A stretch of DNA of 41,008 bases from a virus, in IMG/VR virus record IMGVR_UViG_3300027494_000001, positions 1-41,008 of that record; one strand, 5' to 3'. The notes under the pieces were generated by a model. It was not told the DNA's origin and made no database searches. It worked only from the letters and a program-made list of their open reading frames with translations. This document shows positions 1 to 7,692 of the stretch, one piece after another (the stretch's first letter is position 1; each line of letters begins with the position of its first letter). Position numbers and translations under genes: made by a program.

Positions 1-127
1 GTCCAATCACTAGGCGTGAATACCCCTCCGGCTTTTCTGGCAACAGGTTTTCGGGTGTTGCCTCCATGATGTCGGGTGCATCGTGCGGAAGTGCTGCGAC
101 CTGTGGTAGTTTGCGTTTCATGTGTCC
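1..127. repeat. Terminal direct repeat, copy 1 (identical to 40882-41008)
   Basis: Read directly: bases 1-127 equal 40882-41008 base for base. The junction falls inside the CsrA-like ORF (ATG at 119-121 equals 41000-41002). So 1-121 on the minus strand is a duplicated 5' gene fragment, not a separate gene. Confidence 0.95.
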
Positions 128-147
128 ATATTCTTTCACTCTGAGGG

Positions 148-585
148 TTATGTGCCTGAGGCACACTCGCGAATCCAGATGTCAGTTTGCGGCGTCACTG
201 ACCATCGTTTGCATACGAATGCCGATGCCACCTGTTTGTCATCGGCCCACACGCCGCAATCCGTCAATGCGTCGCAGACGGCTTTGCCAACGTTGTCCCA
301 ATCCGGTTTGCTATCATGTATTGCGCCCTGCAATTCAGCACGTTTTTTCTTGCTCCACGATGCGGGCATTGCAAATCTACAATACACGTTTAGCTGCACA
401 GGCCCCGTGATTGTTTTCCACCGTGGCGCCGCCTCAATAAACGCCGCTCTGATCGCGACCTTATATGCGTGCACTGGATGCGACTTTGGCAAATACAATC
501 TGCCACGTCCTCCAATCGTGCTCACTCTGTGCCGCGGTTGTGCCACTGGCTCACCGGGCACAATGAAAAATAGATCAGTGCTCAA
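148..585 (-). CDS. rusA: RusA-family Holliday junction resolvase
   Basis: 145 aa with a TTG start overlapping the upstream stop. The C-terminal KPDWDNVGKAVCDAL...WADDKQV fits the RusA acidic catalytic motif pattern (D-x-D-N-x-x-K ... D-x-L ... DD). Confidence 0.8.
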   Translation of the reverse strand: MSTDLFFIVPGEPVAQPRHRVSTIGGRGRLYLPKSHPVHAYKVAIRAAFIEAAPRWKTITGPVQLNVYCRFAMPASWSKKKRAELQGAIHDSKPDWDNVGKAVCDALTDCGVWADDKQVASAFVCKRWSVTPQTDIWIRECASGT

Positions 586-1057
586 AATCCGTCCTCCCGC
601 TCTGTGTGTCTCTCAGGTAATGCGACCGTGGAACGCTCCACGCTGTCGGCTGTGCTCGCATGTCCCGTTGTTGCCGGACCTCGTCCGGCCATTCCCGTTG
701 AATCTCCAGACACCGCTGCCGGATCTGCTCCGGTGTCGGGTCTGCTCCGCGTGGTCTCTGCGGGTCGGGATTGACGGCGTCTGCCGGTGCCCAGACCTGC
801 CTGCCGTTCCGCAGCGTGACCACGTACGCCACTCCGCCGTTTTTCAACTCGATGATCGTGGCAATCTTGCCAGCTTGCCACATGCCATCACCTTCAGCCA
901 CCAGCACACGCTCACCCAGTCTCCGGATTCGGTTTGATTTCTTTGGCACGTCCGTTGCCTTTCTGTTGGAATGGAAAACCACCGGCGAATCATTCGCCAC
1001 GGGGATCAGCCGCCAGCGGACCTGATGCAGTGCTGCGGTGGTTGTTGTTGTGTTCAC
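575..1057 (-). CDS. hypothetical protein
   Basis: 160-aa ORF. Its GTG start overlaps the upstream stop (GTGA). No family recognised. Confidence 0.5.
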   Translation of the reverse strand: MNTTTTTAALHQVRWRLIPVANDSPVVFHSNRKATDVPKKSNRIRRLGERVLVAEGDGMWQAGKIATIIELKNGGVAYVVTLRNGRQVWAPADAVNPDPQRPRGADPTPEQIRQRCLEIQREWPDEVRQQRDMRAQPTAWSVPRSHYLRDTQSGRTDFEH

Positions 1058-1296
1058 TCATGCCGAAAAATCGCCCGCGCTCGCGGGCAGTAATACGATG
1101 TCGTTTTGCCCGGATCGCCCTGCCGCACGATCTCGCTGCCGAGTGCCTGCAGATCTTGCAGATCCCGCAGCAGCATCCGTGCTCCGGTGTACTGCAGACG
1201 CTCGACGCACTCGGTTTTCGTGCGTCGTCCAGAGCACAGGAACAACTCCAGATCGCGGAGTCTGATCAGGATTTGTAGGCGGTGTGGGTGTGTCAC
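1054..1296 (-). CDS. putative winged-helix DNA-binding protein (DeoR/HTH_11-like)
   Basis: 80 aa, GTGA-coupled. RLQILIRL...RRTKTECVERLQYTGARMLLRDLQDLQALG resembles the RT-x-x-RD-x-x-x-L recognition region of DeoR/HTH_11 N-terminal domains. Confidence 0.4.
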   Translation of the reverse strand: MTHPHRLQILIRLRDLELFLCSGRRTKTECVERLQYTGARMLLRDLQDLQALGSEIVRQGDPGKTTSYYCPRARAIFRHE

Positions 1297-1865
1297 TGTC
1301 GCGCCTCCAGAATCATGCTGATCGCAATCCGAAATCCCTCACGCTCGCCACGCTGTTCCGCCTGCAGGTTCGCCGTCACCTTGTTGTGTGACTCCTGCAG
1401 CGTCCGCAGTTGTCGGTGTGACTCAGCAGCGTAGCCCCGCAATTCGGCCTGCAGCCGCTCGACCTCGGCCTGCAGCCGCTCGTTCTCGGACCGCAATTGC
1501 TGCGCCGCAGTGAACTCGCTTTGCCATTCAGCCTGCAGTCGTGCAATCTCAGCTGACTGGTTGCTGATTGTGGCGTTCGCCGTTTTCAGTTTCTCTCCCA
1601 ACTCGTAAATAATCCGCCCCGGATCGTCACTGACGCCACCTGCAACCGCCGTTGTGCTTTCCGTTTCTGCTGGCCGGCTGACTGGCAGCAGCCCGACGAA
1701 CGCCACCAGATCCAAATTGCTTTCTTTAGCGCTGAATCTGCCGTCGTCGCCGACGTGGTACATGCCATCTGTCCACCGCTGCCCGGCCACTGGCTCGCAT
1801 TGTGTAATAACAAGCCGCTGCCCCAGCCGATTCCGCCAGATTCCCTCACAAATTTGCACACTCAC
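1293..1865 (-). CDS. coiled-coil protein, function unknown
   Basis: 190 aa, GTGA-coupled. Globular N-terminal part followed by a heptad-rich C-terminal half (ENERLQAEVERLQAELRG). Confidence 0.55.
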   Translation of the reverse strand: MSVQICEGIWRNRLGQRLVITQCEPVAGQRWTDGMYHVGDDGRFSAKESNLDLVAFVGLLPVSRPAETESTTAVAGGVSDDPGRIIYELGEKLKTANATISNQSAEIARLQAEWQSEFTAAQQLRSENERLQAEVERLQAELRGYAAESHRQLRTLQESHNKVTANLQAEQRGEREGFRIAISMILEARQ

Positions 1866-2059
1866 AGCCCACGCCCTCCGTTATCCCCTCGCACCCGTCG
1901 CACCTGCTGCTTTGGTCGACCACCGACCACCAGCCGCGCGAACAAATCCAGCCCAAACATAATCAGAATCAGCCCCGCCACGCCCGCGAAACAACCGCAC
2001 ACGAACCCAAATTGCACGTCATGATTCCACAGGGCTGACCATTTCTCAACGTTGCTCAC
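1862..2059 (-). CDS. small membrane protein
   Basis: 65 aa. Hydrophobic core FGFVCGCFAGVAGLILIMFGLDLF followed by a basic tail. The GTG start overlaps the stop of the upstream micro-ORF. Confidence 0.45.
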   Translation of the reverse strand: MSNVEKWSALWNHDVQFGFVCGCFAGVAGLILIMFGLDLFARLVVGGRPKQQVRRVRGDNGGRGL

Positions 2060-2133
2060 AGTCCGTCCTCCATCTGAATTGCCACGAGCATAGCCACGAT
2101 TGCCGCCACGACTGCTGCGATGATGTCCTGCAT
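2056..2133 (-). CDS. 25-aa hydrophobic micro-ORF (MQDIIAAVVAAIVAMLVAIQMEDGL)
   Basis: Below the ORF-track size cutoff; found by hand translation. Its ATG at 2131-2133 lies one nt after the stop of the upstream gene. Its TGA overlaps the GTG of the next gene. Confidence 0.3.
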   Translation of the reverse strand: MQDIIAAVVAAIVAMLVAIQMEDGL

Positions 2134-2134
2134 G

Positions 2135-2494
2135 TCACTTGCCCTCCCGCAATCGCACGCACTTCAGCGCGTCGTCAGCCTGCGTGTATCGCTCGTCGTC
2201 TGCCTGTGCCAGATCGCCGGTCAGAATGCCCAGCATCCCCACAATCGGATACCAGCCCTCGCACGGTGGACATGCTGCCGCCAACTCCGGCGTCATGTGC
2301 TCTCCCCGATGCTCGTCCGCCCACACCTGCAGGACGTCGCGGTCCGTCCACTCCTCGCTGATCACCTGCACCATCGGCTGCGTCTCGTGCTGCTTGCACT
2401 CCACCGCCCATCGCTCTGCCTGCGCCCAAACTGGCGTCCACGGACTGATGATCTCACGACTGCCGATATTTCGCACCGCGTACACTGTCAACAT
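2135..2494 (-). CDS. hypothetical protein
   Basis: 119 aa from ATG 2494, which is preceded by GAGTGAGGGAACGAACG. The track start at 2509 is a GTG inside that conserved leader. Confidence 0.55.
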   Translation of the reverse strand: MLTVYAVRNIGSREIISPWTPVWAQAERWAVECKQHETQPMVQVISEEWTDRDVLQVWADEHRGEHMTPELAAACPPCEGWYPIVGMLGILTGDLAQADDERYTQADDALKCVRLREGK

Positions 2495-2564
2495 CGTTCG
2501 TTCCCTCACTCAATCGCCTCAGAATCCCCCGCCGCACTGTGCAGCGGGGGAAGGTGTCACCCGA

Positions 2565-2813
2565 TCAGCCAGCATCCGGTGTGCGGTCCAGCCAGTAGCC
2601 GCTGATGGTCCGGCCGGTCTGATCCCACGCAATCACTCGGTAGCCGCCACCGCTGCCGCCGTATGGCTTCATGCCGGACTGGTAGGATGCAGTCAGGCTC
2701 TTGGCGACCTTGCGGGCAGCCTGCAGGCTCCGGCAGATTCGTGCGACTCGCACGTTGTCGCCGCTACCGTATGTGCCATGCGTTGGTACCACTGCGTATG
2801 TTGCTGTGCTCAT
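2565..2813 (-). CDS. hypothetical protein
   Basis: 82 aa. ATG preceded by the conserved GATTGAGGGAACGA leader. Confidence 0.55.
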   Translation of the reverse strand: MSTATYAVVPTHGTYGSGDNVRVARICRSLQAARKVAKSLTASYQSGMKPYGGSGGGYRVIAWDQTGRTISGYWLDRTPDAG

Positions 2814-2889
2814 GATCTCGTTCCCTCAATCTCGCGTGTCTCGGAAGAAATCCCCCGTCAGCCAGTCTGACGGGGGAAGGTGTTATGAA

Positions 2890-3126
2890 TCAGCAACGCT
2901 CGACACTGCACAGCGCTTTCGCTCCGGCGTCGTTTGTTGCGTCCGCCTCATTCTCCCAGATCAGCAGTCGGCCATGCTCCCACTCACCTGTCACCAGCTC
3001 GTTCGCGTCGTATCCATAGGCAGCCAGCAGCACCTCAGCGTGGATGGCAGCCTCGGTGTCGTTTTTCATTGTGCCCAGCAGTTCGGTTTCGTTGCCGGAA
3101 GTAAATCGGATGGTGTATTCGCTCAT
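2890..3126 (-). CDS. hypothetical protein
   Basis: 78 aa from ATG 3126, preceded by GATTGAGGGAACGAACA. The track start at 3141 lies in the leader. Confidence 0.55.
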   Translation of the reverse strand: MSEYTIRFTSGNETELLGTMKNDTEAAIHAEVLLAAYGYDANELVTGEWEHGRLLIWENEADATNDAGAKALCSVERC

Positions 3127-3191
3127 TGTTCGTTCCCTCAATCTCGTTTGTCGTTGTCCCGCGTGTCACACTGCGTGACTCGCATGGTGGG

Positions 3192-3220
3192 ATAGTACGT
3201 CTATCGTCACATTGTGTCAA
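3192..3220 (-). promoter_or_regulatory. sigma70-like promoter (TTGACA-N17-TACTAT) on minus strand
   Basis: Plus-strand tgtcaa at 3215-3220 and atagta at 3192-3197, with a 17-nt spacer. It sits in the 131-nt gap after the methyltransferase gene. An A/T-rich stretch lies upstream, and a GTCAC-N5-GTGAC inverted repeat (3165-3179) lies downstream. Confidence 0.5.
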
Positions 3221-3257
3221 TACCTTGAACAAAGATTTTCAGAAAATAATTCTGGAT

Positions 3258-4169
3258 TCAGAACAGCACCCCCTGTTGCCCGTCGTTGTGGTGCTGTCTT
3301 GCGGTGTCGAGATTCCGCAGTGCCTGCTGATAATACTCTGATTTCAGCTCGCATCCGTAGAACCGCCTAGCGTCTGCAATTTGCTTTCCAGTCTTTGCGG
3401 ACTTGCCGCCCATCGCAACAAATCCCTCTGACCCGATGCCGGCGAATGGCGAAAACACGATCTCCCCCGGATTGCTGAACAGCAACACGCAACGTCGAAT
3501 GACCTCCAACTGCAGAGGGCAAATATGCCGCGTGTCATCGTCTGATTTCGCTGCCGCTGTGTTGAGTGTGTCGGTCTCCTGAATGTCAGCCCAGCAGCCC
3601 TCAGCCCACGCAATCCAATCGTTGCGGCTCACCTGCCCCTTCGCGGAAATCGGAACGGCATTGTCTCCGGGTTTGCGAAACTTGATCAGGTAGTCCTGCA
3701 GCGTTCCACGCTGCTTGCATCGGTCTGATTCCAGCCCGGCAAACTGCAGCTCGCGGCTGCGTGTCCGGATTGCCTGTGCCTGAGGATTCTTTCGCACGCT
3801 CCAGTCGTATTCATACACCAGCCCGGCACGCTCGCCGATCCGGATGTTGGTTCCGCGGAAGTCGTGCAAACCAACGCCGCCCGTCCGCTTCATTCGCGGG
3901 ATCTGACACACGTGGACAATCGCCACCCGCCCCGGCTTCAGAACCCTCGCCAGCCCGGAAAACATGAATCCCAAATGAACCGCAGCTTCGTTGCCCATCG
4001 TGTCAACATTGCCCACGTCCGCTTCGCTTGCAGTGTATGCGTACAAACTCGGAAACGGTGGCGAGAACACTGCCATGTCTACGCTGTTCTCCGGCATGTC
4101 CTCCAGCATGTGGGGAATGCAGTCGCCGTGATGAATGTGTGCGTCGTTGTCGTTATCGAATACGTTCAT
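3258..4169 (-). CDS. DNA methyltransferase, beta-class amino-MTase (N4-C or N6-A)
   Basis: 303 aa. Motif IV (FSPPF) is near the N-terminus and the AdoMet motif (FSPFAGIGSEG) near the C-terminus, which is the beta-class order. ATGA-coupled to the helicase gene. Confidence 0.85.
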   Translation of the reverse strand: MNVFDNDNDAHIHHGDCIPHMLEDMPENSVDMAVFSPPFPSLYAYTASEADVGNVDTMGNEAAVHLGFMFSGLARVLKPGRVAIVHVCQIPRMKRTGGVGLHDFRGTNIRIGERAGLVYEYDWSVRKNPQAQAIRTRSRELQFAGLESDRCKQRGTLQDYLIKFRKPGDNAVPISAKGQVSRNDWIAWAEGCWADIQETDTLNTAAAKSDDDTRHICPLQLEVIRRCVLLFSNPGEIVFSPFAGIGSEGFVAMGGKSAKTGKQIADARRFYGCELKSEYYQQALRNLDTARQHHNDGQQGVLF

Positions 4170-5629
4170 TGTTCAACCCCTCGAAAAAGATTTTCCTGTT
4201 CCTGTGTGTCTGCCTCAACTCGACTGGCCTTCCTCAACACGTTGTCTACAAACGGCACCTCCAATTCGGTGACTGGGATATGGACGTGTAGCGGTCGCGT
4301 TGAACCAATCCGATTCGACCGCTTGACGGCCTGATAATATTCCTCGTAACTGTCTTTCAATCCGCTGAATACCTGCCGCGTGCAAATCTGCAGGTTCAAC
4401 CCGAACCCAAGAATTTTAGGCTTGCTGATTAGCACCTTTGCCCGACCTGCCTTGAAGTCGTCGATCATCTCTTGCCGCTTGTTCTCCGGTGTGCTGCCTG
4501 AAATACTGACGGCCTCCGGAAACACTCGCTCCATGCCCTCCTGTTCGTCGTTGTAATGACACCAGATGATCGTTGATTCGTCCGGCCAGCTATCGACCAA
4601 ATCACGAATGAATTGCGGCTTCAGGGTTTCGATATTGCCTTTGCCTTTGGCTATCTGCGACAGCTTGCCACGCTGGCCGATGCCGCCCACCGAATTGACC
4701 ATCAGGCTGCCGGTCAACTTCTGCGACGCCGTTCGCTGTGCTGCCGTCAGTTCAACGTGCTCGATGTGGACGTGAATCGGTGGCATTGTGCCCACGTTGT
4801 CACGCCATCCGTACGTTGCTGGATTGCTCAGGAATATCGACCAATTCGCCAGTGACCGATAGAACGGCTTCAACGCGTGCGGTTTCAACTCCCAGCGGTT
4901 TTGAGTTTCCCCGCGGTTGATGAAATACGTGGCGAGGAATTCATTCACGGTCCTTGCCCGATCGAGAAAGACGGCATGATTTGCAAATTCGATTCGGTCG
5001 TTCGGTGCTGGCGTTCCGGTTGCGCACAATTTCCACTGCAGGCCACGGCCCAGCTCGATCAGTCGTGTGCCGTATTCGCCGTAGTGGCTTTTCAGCATGG
5101 ATGATTCGTCGAGAATCAACGCCGTCAAATTGTCCGCCTGCAAGCCCTCACGAATCGCTTCGTAGTTCGTGCATCCGATTGCCTGCCCCTCTGTGCTCAG
5201 CCACGATTGCAGCTTAGCGGCTTTGATCGCGTCGACTGGCAATCTGTCACCGTACCATCGCTGTGCTTCGCTGATTGTCTGCCGTACAACCATCAACGGG
5301 GACACAATCAAAACACGGCCACCTGTCACCGCGGCTGCATGTCGCGCAAACTCCAGCAGCATCAGAGTCTTGCCCAGACCACAATCGGCAAAGATCGCAT
5401 AGCGGCGTTTCTGAATTGCCGTCCGCGTGATTGCCTCTTGATAGTCAAAAAGATTCACCGCTGGGCTGTATCCCTGCGACTCACTGCACTGAATGACAGC
5501 CCCAAACGCCGCTGCGTATTCGTCCGGCACGACTGCTGCCGAACCCTCAAAGCGGTACATTGGCAATCGCCGCACCGCCAGAAATTTGCGGTAGTCGTTT
5601 GCAGACCGCAAATCAAACCAGATCTTCAT
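4166..5629 (-). CDS. SNF2-family (SF2) helicase/ATPase
   Basis: Contains DCGLGKT (Walker A), DESSMLK (DExx), ATGTPAPN (motif III) and a helicase-C region. I prefer ATG 5629 (GAGGGG five nt upstream) over the track GTG at 5644. Confidence 0.8.
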   Translation of the reverse strand: MKIWFDLRSANDYRKFLAVRRLPMYRFEGSAAVVPDEYAAAFGAVIQCSESQGYSPAVNLFDYQEAITRTAIQKRRYAIFADCGLGKTLMLLEFARHAAAVTGGRVLIVSPLMVVRQTISEAQRWYGDRLPVDAIKAAKLQSWLSTEGQAIGCTNYEAIREGLQADNLTALILDESSMLKSHYGEYGTRLIELGRGLQWKLCATGTPAPNDRIEFANHAVFLDRARTVNEFLATYFINRGETQNRWELKPHALKPFYRSLANWSIFLSNPATYGWRDNVGTMPPIHVHIEHVELTAAQRTASQKLTGSLMVNSVGGIGQRGKLSQIAKGKGNIETLKPQFIRDLVDSWPDESTIIWCHYNDEQEGMERVFPEAVSISGSTPENKRQEMIDDFKAGRAKVLISKPKILGFGLNLQICTRQVFSGLKDSYEEYYQAVKRSNRIGSTRPLHVHIPVTELEVPFVDNVLRKASRVEADTQEQENLFRGVEQ

Positions 5630-5677
5630 TGTCACCCCTCGCACAAGAAACTATCTGCCACCATCACCAACACACGT

Positions 5678-6262
5678 TCACCGTGTCCTCCGAATCTGAA
5701 ACGTATTGTCCGAAATCTGCTTCGCCCTGAACCTGAGTGAGTGCTTAAAATTCCTCTGCACCCTCCGCACGTCCCGCAGTTCCACGTTGTCCACGTTGCC
5801 CACGCAATCGACGCTGAGCCGGCGAATCATTCCGACAATTCGCAGGTACTGTTCCTGACGGTGGATAACACACCTGCAACGGCACAGCGTTTTCAAAACG
5901 AAGGACTTGCCGCCCTCGACGATTACACGGAACCGATACCCTCGCTGCAGTTGTTTCGCGGCTTCGTTCGCCCTCGCGACTGCGTGTTCCAAACTCAGCC
6001 GATCCGTACACGGGAACGGCTTCAGCTTGCCGACTTTCCAGTCTGGACTGTCGGCAATCCGTACAATCTCCCGACGGCTGACCGTGATGCCGTCCGGCTG
6101 AATTTTTGTCCGCAGCGCGGTGCCGTCGTCGGTGCACTCATTAAAATACAGGATCACGCGTCGCAATGGCGTGAACTGCTCACGCGGGATTCGCAGCAGG
6201 ACGGATTGCCCGACGGCCAACTGGTGCAAGCGGTGTTGTTCAATGACGGGATGAAGTCTCAC
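5678..6262 (-). CDS. hypothetical protein
   Basis: 194 aa with a GTGA-coupled start. The C-terminal third is Arg-rich. No family recognised. Confidence 0.45.
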   Translation of the reverse strand: MRLHPVIEQHRLHQLAVGQSVLLRIPREQFTPLRRVILYFNECTDDGTALRTKIQPDGITVSRREIVRIADSPDWKVGKLKPFPCTDRLSLEHAVARANEAAKQLQRGYRFRVIVEGGKSFVLKTLCRCRCVIHRQEQYLRIVGMIRRLSVDCVGNVDNVELRDVRRVQRNFKHSLRFRAKQISDNTFQIRRTR

Positions 6263-6492
6263 TTTGTCACCTCCACGTATTCACCGTTCTCCAGATTAAC
6301 TTCGCATCGAACGTCCAGCAGGCAAATGCCAGTCAGTTTTGCGCGTCCTTTTTGGAATGGCCCCGTCAGGGTTTTCTCACTAACTATCGCATTGCACGAA
6401 ACGGTCCGCACAACGCCATCCACCAACGTTGTCACCTCAACGCGAATCACCTGCCCGATATCAATCGGCGTGATGTGTTTGTCCAGACTCAT
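6259..6492 (-). CDS. hypothetical protein
   Basis: 77 aa, ATGA-coupled at both ends. Confidence 0.5.
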   Translation of the reverse strand: MSLDKHITPIDIGQVIRVEVTTLVDGVVRTVSCNAIVSEKTLTGPFQKGRAKLTGICLLDVRCEVNLENGEYVEVTK

Positions 6493-6956
6493 TTTGCGAC
6501 CTCCTGCAGCAAAACACGCACGCTGTCAACCCAGTCAGACACTGGCGTCAAATGCTGATAGACTGGCCGGCCCGCATGGACCTCCTGAAACTCACATCCG
6601 CCTCGCCACACGTCCGCCCGCGTTACTGCCATTGCGTCGTCGTCAGATAGCGTCAATCGCAGTTCATTGCGCACTCGCTGGTCAATATCGACTTGCTGCT
6701 GAATTAGCCATGAGTCAACATACGGCCTCACCACGTCCCCCGTCAGGATCTCGTGGCAGTCATGCAGCAGCCCCCACAACCGCACATTCGCGGGCCACCC
6801 GGCCAGCCTGTCATACACCGCCAGCGAATGCTGCAGCACACTACAGCCAATCGCCTGACCGCCAAATCGGTTGATGCGATGCAGGCATTCCGCAACTCGC
6901 TGCGGATCGTTGCGGATTGCGTCCGCCAGTTGTTCGGGTGTTTGTATTAGGCTCAT
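6489..6956 (-). CDS. HD-domain phosphohydrolase
   Basis: 155 aa. LQHSLAV ... WGLLHDCHEILTGD gives the H...HD...D metal-binding pattern of HD-superfamily proteins (YfbR-like). Confidence 0.6.
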   Translation of the reverse strand: MSLIQTPEQLADAIRNDPQRVAECLHRINRFGGQAIGCSVLQHSLAVYDRLAGWPANVRLWGLLHDCHEILTGDVVRPYVDSWLIQQQVDIDQRVRNELRLTLSDDDAMAVTRADVWRGGCEFQEVHAGRPVYQHLTPVSDWVDSVRVLLQEVAK

Positions 6957-7243
6957 TCCGTTTCCCCCAGTATCTGCCGTGCCAATTCAATCGCCGTTGT
7001 TTTCGGGTGAACGAACTGCGTTGCCATCCACTCAATAGCCCGCCTGTAAATCTGCAGTTCCTCGTTCTCCCGTCTAAGATCGCGAACCAACTCCCGCCAA
7101 ATTTGAGCAGACGACTCGATTGTGGCGACTGCGTCCACTGCCACCTGCTCCGCGTTGTTTTGCTGTGCCGCCAGCCGCTTCAGCAACTCCGCGTTCTCGG
7201 CCTCCAGACGCTCGAATCTACGTTCCAAAATTTCGCTGTTCAC
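6953..7243 (-). CDS. coiled-coil protein
   Basis: 96 aa. GTG start with an AAGGTGAGG Shine-Dalgarno site. Heptad-rich sequence. Confidence 0.5.
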   Translation of the reverse strand: MNSEILERRFERLEAENAELLKRLAAQQNNAEQVAVDAVATIESSAQIWRELVRDLRRENEELQIYRRAIEWMATQFVHPKTTAIELARQILGETE

Positions 7244-7246
7244 GCC

Positions 7247-7492
7247 TCACCTTACCTTCGTTGAACCCCTCAGAAAATCACCATCAGACCACCCCGAAAA
7301 ATGCGGATTCGTTCTGCCTGCCGAATCCATCGCGTCCCCACACTCCGGATGCAGCACCACCGTCCCTGCGTCGCGGCCATCAGCCCACCGATAGGACTGG
7401 TACGGCTGCCCGATCTCAACCGGATCGCCGCACCATGTGCACGTCCGCGGCTTGCGTGCCCACCTGACGACTCGGGAATGGAACGTCCTCAT
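7247..7492 (-). CDS. small Cys/His-containing protein
   Basis: 81 aa. CTWCG ... HPEC is a possible zinc site. ATGA-coupled. Confidence 0.5.
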   Translation of the reverse strand: MRTFHSRVVRWARKPRTCTWCGDPVEIGQPYQSYRWADGRDAGTVVLHPECGDAMDSAGRTNPHFSGWSDGDFLRGSTKVR

Positions 7493-7692
7493 GGTACCTG
7501 CCCCTCCGCGTCGTCCTCAATCAGTCGCAGCCTCAGCCCCCGCACGTCACTTTCGATCTTCGCGATGCGTCGCATTACGTCGGACAGTGTCCGGTTGATT
7601 CTGTCAATCTCCGCCTGCAGATCCGGTGTCGGCTCTGCCTGCGGTGTCGGCTGCTCCGTGTCTCCGTCGATGTAGATTCGGATTTGTGCCAT
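7489..7692 (-). CDS. hypothetical coiled-coil protein
   Basis: 67 aa from ATG 7692, which overlaps the upstream stop by one nt. The track start at 7695 is a GTG. Confidence 0.5.
   Translation of the reverse strand: MAQIRIYIDGDTEQPTPQAEPTPDLQAEIDRINRTLSDVMRRIAKIESDVRGLRLRLIEDDAEGQVP

Noticed and set aside
1-127. Terminal repeats considered as ends of a mobile element or LTR.
   Set aside because: No transposase or integrase is present. The repeat is a direct duplicate of coding sequence, and the two ends join into one uninterrupted ORF.
5741-6874. Long plus-strand ORF (377 aa). Similar long plus-strand ORFs occur at 122-937, 12726-13541, 17230-18180 and 35245-36309.
   Set aside because: Each lies antisense to, and spans, several tightly coupled minus-strand genes. 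Their translations are Pro/Arg/Ser/His/Cys-rich with no protein-like pattern. No start context or coupling supports them. They are the shadow ORFs expected in a GC-rich genome.
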